Below are positions 55,519-63,740 of a stretch of DNA of 64,000 nt, piece by piece. Position numbers and translations under genes: made by a program. The notes below the pieces were generated by a model that saw nothing but the letters and a program-made list of their open reading frames with translations, made no database searches and had not been told where the DNA came from. The stretch's first letter is position 1. Each line of letters starts with the position of its first letter. Source of the stretch: an uncultured Solirubrobacterales bacterium (GTDB lineage Bacteria > Actinomycetota > Thermoleophilia > Solirubrobacterales > Solirubrobacteraceae); NCBI GenBank assembly GCA_963811445.1, contig CAWERP010000008.1, positions 2,087-66,086 of the forward strand, in the 5' to 3' direction.

Positions 55519-56940
55519 CTACACGAGCATCTCGGGAGGGGACCCCGACCCCGACTCGGGCCCCGACGCGAGCTGCAGGCCCCCGATGCCGAGATCCGGG
55601 ACGCCACCGTCGACGACGTGGACCACGTCTCTGGCCCCGTAGCGCTTCAGCAGGCTGGCCGCGATCCCGGCCCGCGCCCCGATAGCGCAGATGACGGCAA
55701 TCGGACGGGTGGCATCCAGCCCGTCGGGGATTCCCTTGATGTCGTGCCACGGCCTGAACACGGAACCGGGTAGGTGACCCACTTCCCATTCGCGGCGCTC
55801 GCGGACATCGAGCAGTTGCAGGTCGGGCTCGTTGACAAGCCAGCTGATCAGGTCCTGAGCCGAGACCCGATCGGTGTGGTCCGCGGGGTGTCGCTCCTGG
55901 CGCCAGTTGGTCATTCCACCGGCGAGCAGACCGGTGATGTTGCGGACCCCGACCGCGAGCGCGAGCTTCGCGGCCCGCCGTCCGTCGGCGTCGTCGCGAC
56001 CGATGAACACGATCTCCTGGTCGTGATCGGCCAGCCACGCCAGCTTGGACCCGAAGCCCGAGCTGAACGAGGGGATGCAGATCGAACCGTGGATATGGAC
56101 ATCGTCGAACTGCAGATCGGTCCTCACGTCCACCAGCAGCGCCCCCTCGTCTCGCTTGAGCAGCACCTGATGGGGATAAAGCGCGGGCACCTCGATACCG
56201 GTCGTTACCAAGGGCCCGCGATTGAGCTCCACGATCCCCTCGAAGTTGGGGGGCTGCGGCCCGAGGTTGGCCACGGCCCGCGCCACGAACTCCTCGCCGT
56301 CGTCGATCGCGAGGGCCGGGTTGTGCCGCTTCTCGAACCCGATCGTCGAGCAGATCTTCGAATCCATGCCGGGCCCCCCGCACATCGATCCCCCAAGGTG
56401 GGCCGGCCAGAGCTCGCAGTCGTCGCCCAGCGCCAGGAGCTTCTCGTGCACCGAGTTGAAGATCTGGCGCGCCCCCAGGGTCTTCTCGATCGCCAGGTCG
56501 GTGCGGGCGACCTCCCCGACGAACAGGCTGTCGCCGCTCAGGACCGCCCACGGCTCGGGTCCACGGTGGGTGTCGATCAGCAGGAACGCCGTGTGCTCGG
56601 GACGGTGTCCTGGAGTGTGCAAGGCACGGATCGTCAGCGATCCCAGTCGCAGCTCCCAGCCGTCCTCGAACGGCTCGTGATCGTAGTCAGGGGCGGCCGC
56701 GCGGTGGATGTGGATGCGCGCGCCGGTGGCCGCGACGAGGCGTCCGTGCCCGGACACGTGGTCAGCGTGGTTGTGGGTCTCCAGAACGTGCTCGATGTTG
56801 ACGCCCCGGTAGCGGGCGAGCTCGAGGTACTCGTCGATCTCAAAGCGCGGGTCGACCACGGCAGCAACCCCTACCTGCTCGTCGCCGATCAGGTAGGAGG
56901 CGCAGCCGAGGTCGTCATGTGTGATCTGCTTGAACAGCAT
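55519..56940 (-). CDS. MBL-fold persulfide-dioxygenase-like domain fused to two rhodanese domains (CstB/Blh-like)
   Basis: HNHADHVSGH metal motif, HTPGHRPEH, then two rhodanese-like modules. The last carries an active-site-loop Cys context (IAVICAIGARAG). Confidence 0.8.
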   Translation of the reverse strand: MLFKQITHDDLGCASYLIGDEQVGVAAVVDPRFEIDEYLELARYRGVNIEHVLETHNHADHVSGHGRLVAATGARIHIHRAAAPDYDHEPFEDGWELRLGSLTIRALHTPGHRPEHTAFLLIDTHRGPEPWAVLSGDSLFVGEVARTDLAIEKTLGARQIFNSVHEKLLALGDDCELWPAHLGGSMCGGPGMDSKICSTIGFEKRHNPALAIDDGEEFVARAVANLGPQPPNFEGIVELNRGPLVTTGIEVPALYPHQVLLKRDEGALLVDVRTDLQFDDVHIHGSICIPSFSSGFGSKLAWLADHDQEIVFIGRDDADGRRAAKLALAVGVRNITGLLAGGMTNWRQERHPADHTDRVSAQDLISWLVNEPDLQLLDVRERREWEVGHLPGSVFRPWHDIKGIPDGLDATRPIAVICAIGARAGIAASLLKRYGARDVVHVVDGGVPDLGIGGLQLASGPESGSGSPPEMLV

Positions 56941-57019
56941 CAGAGCTTCCTGCTCCTACGCGAACCCTCTCTGGTCGAGCTTCGCCGTCGCGACCGCTTC
57001 GCTCGGGGCGTCGCGCTCC

Positions 57020-57679
57020 TCAGCTCGGCTGAGGCACGATTCGAATGTAGGGCTTCGGCGACTCCCAGCCGTCCGGGTAGATCTTCTTGGCCTCCTCGTC
57101 GGAGACCGACCCGGCGATGATCACGTCCTCGCCCGACTTCCAGTTGACGGGCGTTGACACCTTGTGGTTCGCCGTCAGCTGCAGCGAGTCGATCACTCGC
57201 AGCACCTCGTCGAAGTTGCGCCCCGTGGTCATCGGGTAGACCAGGATCAGCTTGATCTTCTTGTCCGGGCCTATCACGAAGACGTTGCGCACCGTCTGGT
57301 TGTCGGCGGGCGTGCGAGCGCTCGCATCACCAGAGGTGTCCGCGGGCAGCATCCCGTAGGCCTTCGATACCTTGAAGTCGGGGTCGGCGATGATCGGGTA
57401 GTTCGGTGCGGTCCCCTGGGTCTCCTCGATGTCGCGCGCCCACCTCTCGTGGTCGCCTGCCTGATCGACCGACAGCCCGATGATCTTGACGCCACGGCGG
57501 TCGAAGTCGGGCTTGATCTTCGCCATGTAGCCGAGCTCTGTCGTGCAGACCGGGGTGAAGTCCTTGGGGTGGGAGAACAGCACCGCCCAGGAGCCCCCTA
57601 TCCAGTCATGGAAGCGGATCCTGCCCTCGGTCGTGTCCGCCTCGAAGTCGGGGGCGGTGTCGCCTAATTGAAGCGCCAT
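57020..57679 (-). CDS. 1-Cys peroxiredoxin (Prx6 type)
   Basis: MALQLGDTAPDFEADTTEG, SHPKDFTPVCTTE, and a typical C-terminus (PDGWESPKPYIRIV). Confidence 0.9.
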   Translation of the reverse strand: MALQLGDTAPDFEADTTEGRIRFHDWIGGSWAVLFSHPKDFTPVCTTELGYMAKIKPDFDRRGVKIIGLSVDQAGDHERWARDIEETQGTAPNYPIIADPDFKVSKAYGMLPADTSGDASARTPADNQTVRNVFVIGPDKKIKLILVYPMTTGRNFDEVLRVIDSLQLTANHKVSTPVNWKSGEDVIIAGSVSDEEAKKIYPDGWESPKPYIRIVPQPS

Positions 57680-57856
57680 CTTCGTCTTCCTCTCAATCCG
57701 CGCTTTGGTTGGCCGACCTGCGCTCATTGGCGCGGGTCCTGAGCCATGATGGTATTCGGTTCGGGCTCGGCCCCCGCGGTCCGCGGAGACGCGGACGCCT
57801 CGCGCCGTGGGAGTCTCCGCGGCCGGGCCTTCCTGGTCTTGCCGTTCCGCTCACGA

Positions 57857-58450
57857 TCAACGTCCATCGCCCCCGGCGCCGGTGCCCTCCAGCGGCCGCA
57901 GCTCCTCGGCCGGGGACATCGCCCTACGAGCGAGCAGGCCCTCCTCGTCGACGAAATAGGCGCCCATCCGCAGGAGCGGCGGTGAGTAGACATGCAGCGT
58001 GACCGCCGGACCCGAGCCCGCGTGGTGAATACGGTGGATGTCCGCCGGTGAGAAGCCGAAGGCCTCGCCCGCCGAGAACAGACGGTCGCGCGGGGGACCG
58101 TCGAGGACGAGCCGCTCCTCGCGCATGCGCCCGCTGACCACCGCCACCGCGCCGGCGGAGTGGCCGTGATCGTGAAAACCCGTGTCGTGGTCGTCCAGCC
58201 AGCAGATCAGCCACGCGGTGAGGTGATCGTCGTTCAAGAGCTCCTCGTAATGGCGCTGGTTGGCGTCGTGGGTCACCAGGTCGATCCACAGCTCGGGTCG
58301 ATCGGCGAGCTCGACGACGAAATCCTGAAGCTCCGCGCCGGATAGATCCCGTCCCCGCGGGCGCGGGACCGAGGAGAGCCGGCCCGCGCTCATCGAGCCC
58401 CCGAACACGGCCGTCGGGTTCACCGAGTGGATGTCCGCCGGCGTGCTCAT
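57857..58450 (-). CDS. cysteine-dioxygenase-like cupin
   Basis: Trimmed to MSTPADIH (ATG overlaps the upstream stop as ATGA). WLDDHDTGFHDHGHSAGAVAVVSG...FSPADIHRIHH is a cupin metal-ligand pattern. Confidence 0.55.
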   Translation of the reverse strand: MSTPADIHSVNPTAVFGGSMSAGRLSSVPRPRGRDLSGAELQDFVVELADRPELWIDLVTHDANQRHYEELLNDDHLTAWLICWLDDHDTGFHDHGHSAGAVAVVSGRMREERLVLDGPPRDRLFSAGEAFGFSPADIHRIHHAGSGPAVTLHVYSPPLLRMGAYFVDEEGLLARRAMSPAEELRPLEGTGAGGDGR

Positions 58451-59394
58451 CGCGCGGCGGCCATTCGGCCTGAGCCGAACGCGCGGAGCATCCCGTGCGC
58501 GATCGGGTCCCAGTCGAGCTCGTCGGGCATGTCGAGCTCGGCCGGCTCGACGACCGGCCGGTCGGAACCGTACAGGAGCTGCTGAGCTCCGACGACCGCC
58601 TCCAGCGCGAGCACGGCCACGGGGCCGTAGGAGGACGTGTCGTAGAAGAGCAGGGGGTCGGCGAGCCACGGGCTCGGCCCGCCACGCGAGTAGAGGCGCT
58701 CCGCGTGCAGCGGAGCCAGCCCGGCGAGCGTCGAGAAGACGACACGCAGCTCGGGATGCTCCGCGCGGCCGGCGCTGACGAAGGCAAGCCAGGCCGCCTG
58801 CATCTGGGCGATGTAGCGGGTGAGCGCCGGCCACCACAGTGGCTCGCATAGCGGCGCGTCCGCCACGGCCGGCACCCCGGAACCCGGGCCGGGTCCCGGA
58901 TGGATGAACAGCGGGGCCCCCCGCGACTCCAGGCGCGCCAGCAGCGGGCGCAGGCCGGAGACGGCGTCCACGTCCGCCAGCGCGCCGGCGGGAAGCGAGA
59001 GCCCGACGCAGCCACGGTCGAGGACGCGGTCGACGTCGGCCGGGTCGGGGCGGTCGAGGGCGATCGCGCCCCAGACTCCGAAGGGCTCACCGAGCGAGAG
59101 CGCCCCCTCGTGGTAGGCGTCGATCAGGGGCACCGACTGCTCGCGTGGCAGCGACTCGATCCCCAGGGGGCTCGAGAGGCACACCAGCGCCTCGTCCAGG
59201 CCGTCGCGCTCGAGCAGAGCGGCGCGACGATCAGGTGTCTCGGCGCTGGTGTCGATCACGTAAGGACGCTCGCCGGCCAGGAACAGCACCGTCAGCCCGC
59301 CTTCGACGCGAACGAAGGGCAGCTCGCTACGGCTCGCCAGCGCCCGCACGAGCGGCTCGGTCCAAACGTGTTGATGTACGTCGATCTTGATCAT
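58447..59394 (-). CDS. amidohydrolase-2 (metal-dependent TIM-barrel hydrolase/decarboxylase) family protein
   Basis: MIKIDVHQHVW (HxH), GAPLFIHPG, LLYGSDRP. Confidence 0.7.
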   Translation of the reverse strand: MIKIDVHQHVWTEPLVRALASRSELPFVRVEGGLTVLFLAGERPYVIDTSAETPDRRAALLERDGLDEALVCLSSPLGIESLPREQSVPLIDAYHEGALSLGEPFGVWGAIALDRPDPADVDRVLDRGCVGLSLPAGALADVDAVSGLRPLLARLESRGAPLFIHPGPGPGSGVPAVADAPLCEPLWWPALTRYIAQMQAAWLAFVSAGRAEHPELRVVFSTLAGLAPLHAERLYSRGGPSPWLADPLLFYDTSSYGPVAVLALEAVVGAQQLLYGSDRPVVEPAELDMPDELDWDPIAHGMLRAFGSGRMAAAR

Positions 59395-59732
59395 CGTGGT
59401 CGCGAGAAGGGCCTCTGACGAACTGGTTTCCGCAGCGTCCTCGAGTGTCTTGCGAGGTTCTTTGGTTGATTATACATATTCCTGATATACTAACTGAGCA
59501 ATGTCGTCCATCACGTTCATCGGCACATGGGAACACGAGTTTCCAGCGGGTCGTGCGGCCGGCGCCGTAGCGGCGCCGGCCGGCGTGATCGGGCGATGTA
59601 TACGTCGCTGACGTTGAGCGGCCTCCTCCGCCCGGGAGAACCCCCCCTTCCCGGGCACCCCTCGCGTCGCCGGGCCAGCGCTGAGTCGCTGGCCCGGCGG
59701 CGTCCCTCCTCCACCCCCCAGAAGGGAGCCCC

Positions 59733-59981
59733 ATGCCCAGAGTCATGGTGATAGCCGACCAGAACCAGCAAGACCAGGCCGAAGTCCTGCTCGACGAGCG
59801 CGTCGAGTCGGTGCACCTCAGCGACGACCACTCGGCGATGCAACTCGTCGAGCGGCTCGGCTGGGCGATCAGCGACGCCGAGGACGCGGAGCGCGTTCAG
59901 GTGCGCCGGGCAGCGCGCGGGCGCGCGCGGAGCTCACGCCCATCGGCCCGCCCAAGCACACGCCACGCGGTCCACGCATAG
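59733..59981 (+). CDS. hypothetical small acidic protein
   Basis: GAAGGGAG upstream. The N-terminal 55 aa look natural (MPRVMVIADQNQQDQAEVLLDERVESVHLSDDHSAMQLVERLGWAISDAEDAE). The tail is Arg-rich and may be spurious. Confidence 0.4.
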   Translation: MPRVMVIADQNQQDQAEVLLDERVESVHLSDDHSAMQLVERLGWAISDAEDAERVQVRRAARGRARSSRPSARPSTRHAVHA

Positions 59982-60237
59982 CGCGCGACCGGCCTTCTCC
60001 CGCGGTCCTTCCCGTGCCCTCGCGGGCCGGGCCGCGGGAGACGTCGCGCCGGCGACGCCCGACGTCAGGAAACGTCCGTAGCTCCACGCCCGCGGGCGAC
60101 GAAACGATGGTGGGCTTGGAGTCCATGCGGGCGCCAGCCTAGTCGCCGGTGGCCCGGGACTTCCCCTGCCCCGCCAAACACCCCGTCGCGCCCGTTCTCG
60201 CGGACCTGGTCGTGACGTGTGAGCTAGGGTACGGCCA

Positions 60238-61161
60238 ATGCCAGACGAGCCTGTCGCGCACGAGGAGGCTCCCGGTCTCGGGTTGCTCGGTCCGCGGAGC
60301 CGGGGTCTGCTTGCCCTCGAGTTCGGCTCAAAGGCCGAGTTCGACGACCCGGCCCTGGAGTGGCGAAGGCTCTTCTCCGAGCTGCTCGGCACGTTCTTTC
60401 TGGTGCTCGTCGCCGCCGGCGGCGGGATCCTCCACGGCGAGGGCCAGATCAGTCTCGCCGCAGCCGTGGTGGCGCCCGGGCTCATGGTCATGGCGATCAT
60501 CCTGTTCATGGGCGCGGTGTCGGGCGCCCATCTGAATCCCGCCGTCTCGCTCGCGTTTGCAATGCGCCGAGACTTCATGTGGAGGCGCGTCACGGGATAC
60601 ATCATCATCCAGCTCATCGGCGCCACGCTCGCGTGCCTCTTCCTCGACGCCGTGTTCGGAAACATCCAGCATCTCGGCGCCACCCTGCCCGGCCCGGGGT
60701 ACGCCGATTGGCAGGCGTTCCTGATGGAGGTAGTCCTCACGGCGGGGCTCGTGAGCGTCATCCTGGGGACAGCGTCCGCCGCGCAGAACGTCGGGCCGAT
60801 CGCCGCGCTGGGGGTCGGCGGGTACATTGCGCTCGCCGGCCTCTGGGCGGCGCCGGTGAGCGGCGTATCGATGAACCCCGCCCGCTCCTTCGGCCCCGCG
60901 CTGGTGAGCGGGGACTTCACGAGCTACTGGGTCTATGTGGTCGGCCCGATCGCCGGGGCACTGATCGCGGTCGGCTGCGCCATTGTCCTTAGAGGTCGCG
61001 GCGGCAGCGCCATCTCCATTGCCGCCGGCTCCGGTGCGTTGGACGCCGGCACGCTGGCGGAGCGCCACCGGCTCTCACGGGCGATCAAACACGGCGAGGT
61101 GACCCCTCCGGGTATCCCCCCTACCGATTCGCCACCTGACCGCGACCGCGAGCAGCCCTAG
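60238..61161 (+). CDS. MIP-family channel (aquaporin/glycerol facilitator) with extended termini
   Basis: Two NPA boxes (SGAHLNPAVS, SGVSMNPARS) and six TM segments. Confidence 0.9.
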   Translation: MPDEPVAHEEAPGLGLLGPRSRGLLALEFGSKAEFDDPALEWRRLFSELLGTFFLVLVAAGGGILHGEGQISLAAAVVAPGLMVMAIILFMGAVSGAHLNPAVSLAFAMRRDFMWRRVTGYIIIQLIGATLACLFLDAVFGNIQHLGATLPGPGYADWQAFLMEVVLTAGLVSVILGTASAAQNVGPIAALGVGGYIALAGLWAAPVSGVSMNPARSFGPALVSGDFTSYWVYVVGPIAGALIAVGCAIVLRGRGGSAISIAAGSGALDAGTLAERHRLSRAIKHGEVTPPGIPPTDSPPDRDREQP

Positions 61162-61276
61162 CCCGGCCTGAACGACTTGGCACACAACGACCGCGCCACC
61201 GGGTGACTCACGCGGAAAGCGGTCCAGGCGGTTCCTCACGTTCCACGAGGAGCAGCGAACTCCGGCGTGCAGGATT

Positions 61277-61933
61277 TTGTCGCAGTTTGCGAACGCTGTA
61301 AGCTCGGCGATCATGGACGACCAGCCCCGTATGCCGAGCTTCATCCACGGGCTTCCAAAGACGCAGGCGGCGGTCGCATTCGCGAACCGCGCACACGATG
61401 GGCAGCGGCGCCGGGTGGATGGCGCCCCGTTCATCGAGCACCCGCTCGAGGTCGCCTCGCTGCTCTACTCCGTCGGCGCGCCGGACCACCTGATAGCGGC
61501 CGGCGTTCTGCACGACACGATCGAGAAGACCCACGTGGTCGCCTCCGACCTGCGCGAGCGCTTCGGCAGCCGAGTCGCCACGCTCGTGCTCGCCGTCAGC
61601 GAGGATGAGCACGTCACGGGATACGAGCAGCGCAAGGCCGCGCTGCGCGAGCAGGTTGCTCGCGCGGGCGAGGAGGCGCTGATCCTGTTTGCCGCCGACA
61701 AGCTCTCGAAGGTCCGCGAGCTGCGCCTGGGCCCGGCACCCGCTCGCAAGTCGCACTCGGGCGGCGCCGTGATCACTCGCTCGCGCGCTCGTCGATTGAC
61801 GCACTATCGCCACTGCCTCGCGCTGCTCCAGGACCAACTCCCCGACTCTCCGCTCGTCAACCAGCTGCGGACGGAGCTCGACGCGCACTTGGACGGCGCC
61901 ATCGGCGAGCCGGCGCTTGCCAGCGCGCCCTGA
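61277..61933 (+). CDS. HD-domain (RelA/SpoT-type) phosphohydrolase, small-alarmone-hydrolase-like
   Basis: AHDGQRRRVDGAPFIEHPLEVA, AAGVLHDTIEKT, LVLAVSED. The start may be ATG 61313. Confidence 0.75.
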   Translation: MSQFANAVSSAIMDDQPRMPSFIHGLPKTQAAVAFANRAHDGQRRRVDGAPFIEHPLEVASLLYSVGAPDHLIAAGVLHDTIEKTHVVASDLRERFGSRVATLVLAVSEDEHVTGYEQRKAALREQVARAGEEALILFAADKLSKVRELRLGPAPARKSHSGGAVITRSRARRLTHYRHCLALLQDQLPDSPLVNQLRTELDAHLDGAIGEPALASAP

Positions 61934-62020
61934 CCAGTGTCAGTGGCCCGGCGCACCCGAGTCCGAGCCGTGCGGAAGCCCGGACGTGCGTACCCCCGCA
62001 CCATGCTCAAGGCAAGCTCT

Positions 62021-62157
62021 GTCTAGTGACCTGAGTCGTTAGTGCGCGACCGAAGGCGAAGTCCGTGAGCCCCGCCTTTGCTTCGACGGCGCCGGGGCGG
62101 ACGCTCAAAGCCCGGCGTTTCCGGGTGCCAGCGGATCTATGACTCAGGTCACTAGAC
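62021..62157. repeat. 137-bp element bounded by perfect 17-bp inverted repeats
   Basis: gtctagtgacctgagtc (62021-62037) is the exact reverse complement of gactcaggtcactagac (62141-62157), with a 103-bp spacer that contains further short hairpins. Confidence 0.85.
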
Positions 62158-62268
62158 GTTCTCGGGCTCGCCGACCACCGAGATGCCGTGGATGACCCAC
62201 AAGCAGACCGCGAAGACACCCAGTGACCACCAGGGGTGAAACTCGTCGAGGGGGTCCCCAGGCATCAT
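62152..62268 (-). CDS. hypothetical 38-aa membrane peptide
   Basis: MMPGDPLDEFHPWWSLGVFAVCLWVIHGISVVGEPENV has one TM helix and about 85 percent GC3. Its stop codon lies inside the right arm of the 17-bp inverted repeat. Confidence 0.35.
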   Translation of the reverse strand: MMPGDPLDEFHPWWSLGVFAVCLWVIHGISVVGEPENV

Positions 62269-62429
62269 CGGGTCGGTGTGTGGCGCGCTAGCCGCGATGA
62301 GCGAGCGGCGGCGAGATCCTAAACGACACCGCGCAGCGCGGACCGCGGCTCGCGCAGAGCGGAAGCGCACGGGCGCCTACCCAACGGTAGGCTTGGCGAT
62401 AGGTCCACACGCGAACCCGGGGAGAAGGC

Positions 62430-62840
62430 ATGGCCGACTACACCGTCAAGCGCTTCGATGAGATGGAGCCGATTCTGGGAGGCCTCTTTCTACGCGCCCG
62501 CGCGGCGCTCGGGGCCAGCTCGTTCGGGATGCAGATCCTGCAGATGCCCCCGAATGGTGGCGACTTCTACCCCAACCACGATCATGCGGACACCGGCACC
62601 GAGGAGGTCTACGTAGTACTCGACGGCGAGGCCGACTTCGAGATCGAGGGCGAGCGCGTGCACGCCGGGCCAGAGACCGCGATTCGGGTCGGGGCGACGA
62701 CACATCGCAAGATCCTTCCCGGACCCGAGGGGGTGAGGATTCTTGCGATCGGCGGCGTGCCGGGTGCAGCCTACTCACCGCCTGCGTTCACGGAGCTCGG
62801 CGGCCCGGATCCCGTGCCGGATCCCGCGCGCCTGGCCTGA
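62430..62840 (+). CDS. cupin-domain protein (paralog of 38304..38696)
   Basis: MADYTVKRFDEME..., HADTGTEEVYVVLDGEADFEIEGERV. Colinear similarity to the other cupin over the whole length. Confidence 0.7.
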   Translation: MADYTVKRFDEMEPILGGLFLRARAALGASSFGMQILQMPPNGGDFYPNHDHADTGTEEVYVVLDGEADFEIEGERVHAGPETAIRVGATTHRKILPGPEGVRILAIGGVPGAAYSPPAFTELGGPDPVPDPARLA

Positions 62841-63169
62841 CCGGCGTAGCAGCCTCCTGCTTTCGGCGGATGAGCGAGCGCCCGAGCAAAGGCCGCGCTC
62901 ATGCTGGAGGCTTGGACGAGTAGCAGTCGCCTGTTCCGTCGCCGTCTAGATACGCCCCAAGCCGGGATTCATGCCGACAGCGCCTGGATGGCCTGTAACG
63001 GGCTCGCCCCCGAGGGCGAGCCGAGTGCGAGCCGAGTGCGCCCGGCAGCCAGCTCATCCGGCGCCGCGCCGAGCGGGGACGCCGTGTGCGGTCGCGCTGG
63101 AGCGCGTGTACGGCTTCGTGTGCGGTCGGGCCCGAAAAGTGCCGACGCGAGGTTCCCGGCGTCTGCCCG

Positions 63170-63199
63170 CTAGATGTAGTTCCTAGGAACTACATCTAG
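63170..63199. promoter_or_regulatory. perfect 30-bp palindrome CTAGATGTAGTT-CCTAGG-AACTACATCTAG
   Basis: Read directly: 12-bp arms around a 6-bp symmetric core, comparatively AT-rich. It ends about 145 bp before the stop of the integrase remnant. Confidence 0.8.
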
Positions 63200-63344
63200 G
63201 CGACCGGCAAAGCCCTGCTCAGCAGCCGAATCGTGAGTGCTTGAGCAGCCTCCGGAGGCCCCGCGAGGCCCCGAGAGGCCAACCGTCTGCAAATCGGGGA
63301 GACAGGATCAATAAGGGTGCAAACCCGCATGTCTGCAGGGGCGT

Positions 63345-63740
63345 TCAAGGCGCCTGCTCCCGACGTGCTCCCGAAGAGATCGGAGTCGGTCCGGTCTGCG
63401 CGCCCCACGCCGCCAGCAGCCTCGCCCGAGCGCCAGCCTCGGTCGGATGGCCGTAGAGCTCCATCACCAGTTGGCCGCCGTCGCTATGACCAAGCTGGAT
63501 CGCCACGTCCCACGACGTGACGCCGCGCTCCAGCAGCATCGTCGCCGCGGCGTGACGCAGCTCGTAGTAGTCCATCCCCGGACGGCCGCCGAACCGCCGG
63601 AGCAGCGACCAGTACCGGTGATGGGCGGGCTGGGTCCACATGCAGTCGCGCGGACTGCTGAACAGCAGCCCCAACCGGTGCCGGGGAACTTCGGCGAGCG
63701 CATCCTGGACTACGGGCGGGACGATGACCGTAGCGACTTC
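63345..63740 (-). pseudogene. tyrosine recombinase/integrase, C-terminal catalytic fragment only
   Basis: LLFSSPRD..., YYELRHAAATMLLERG, VAIQLGHSDGGQLVMELYGH (box II with the catalytic Tyr). The apparent N-terminal part of ORF 63345..63992 is the antisense of an NTF2-like gene, so no N-terminal or core-binding domain exists. Confidence 0.65.

Noticed and set aside
62021-62157. Integron attC site
   Set aside because: The size range fits, but the inner boundaries do not match the RYYYAAC/GTTRRRY core sites (GTTAGTG fails). No integron integrase or cassette array is present.
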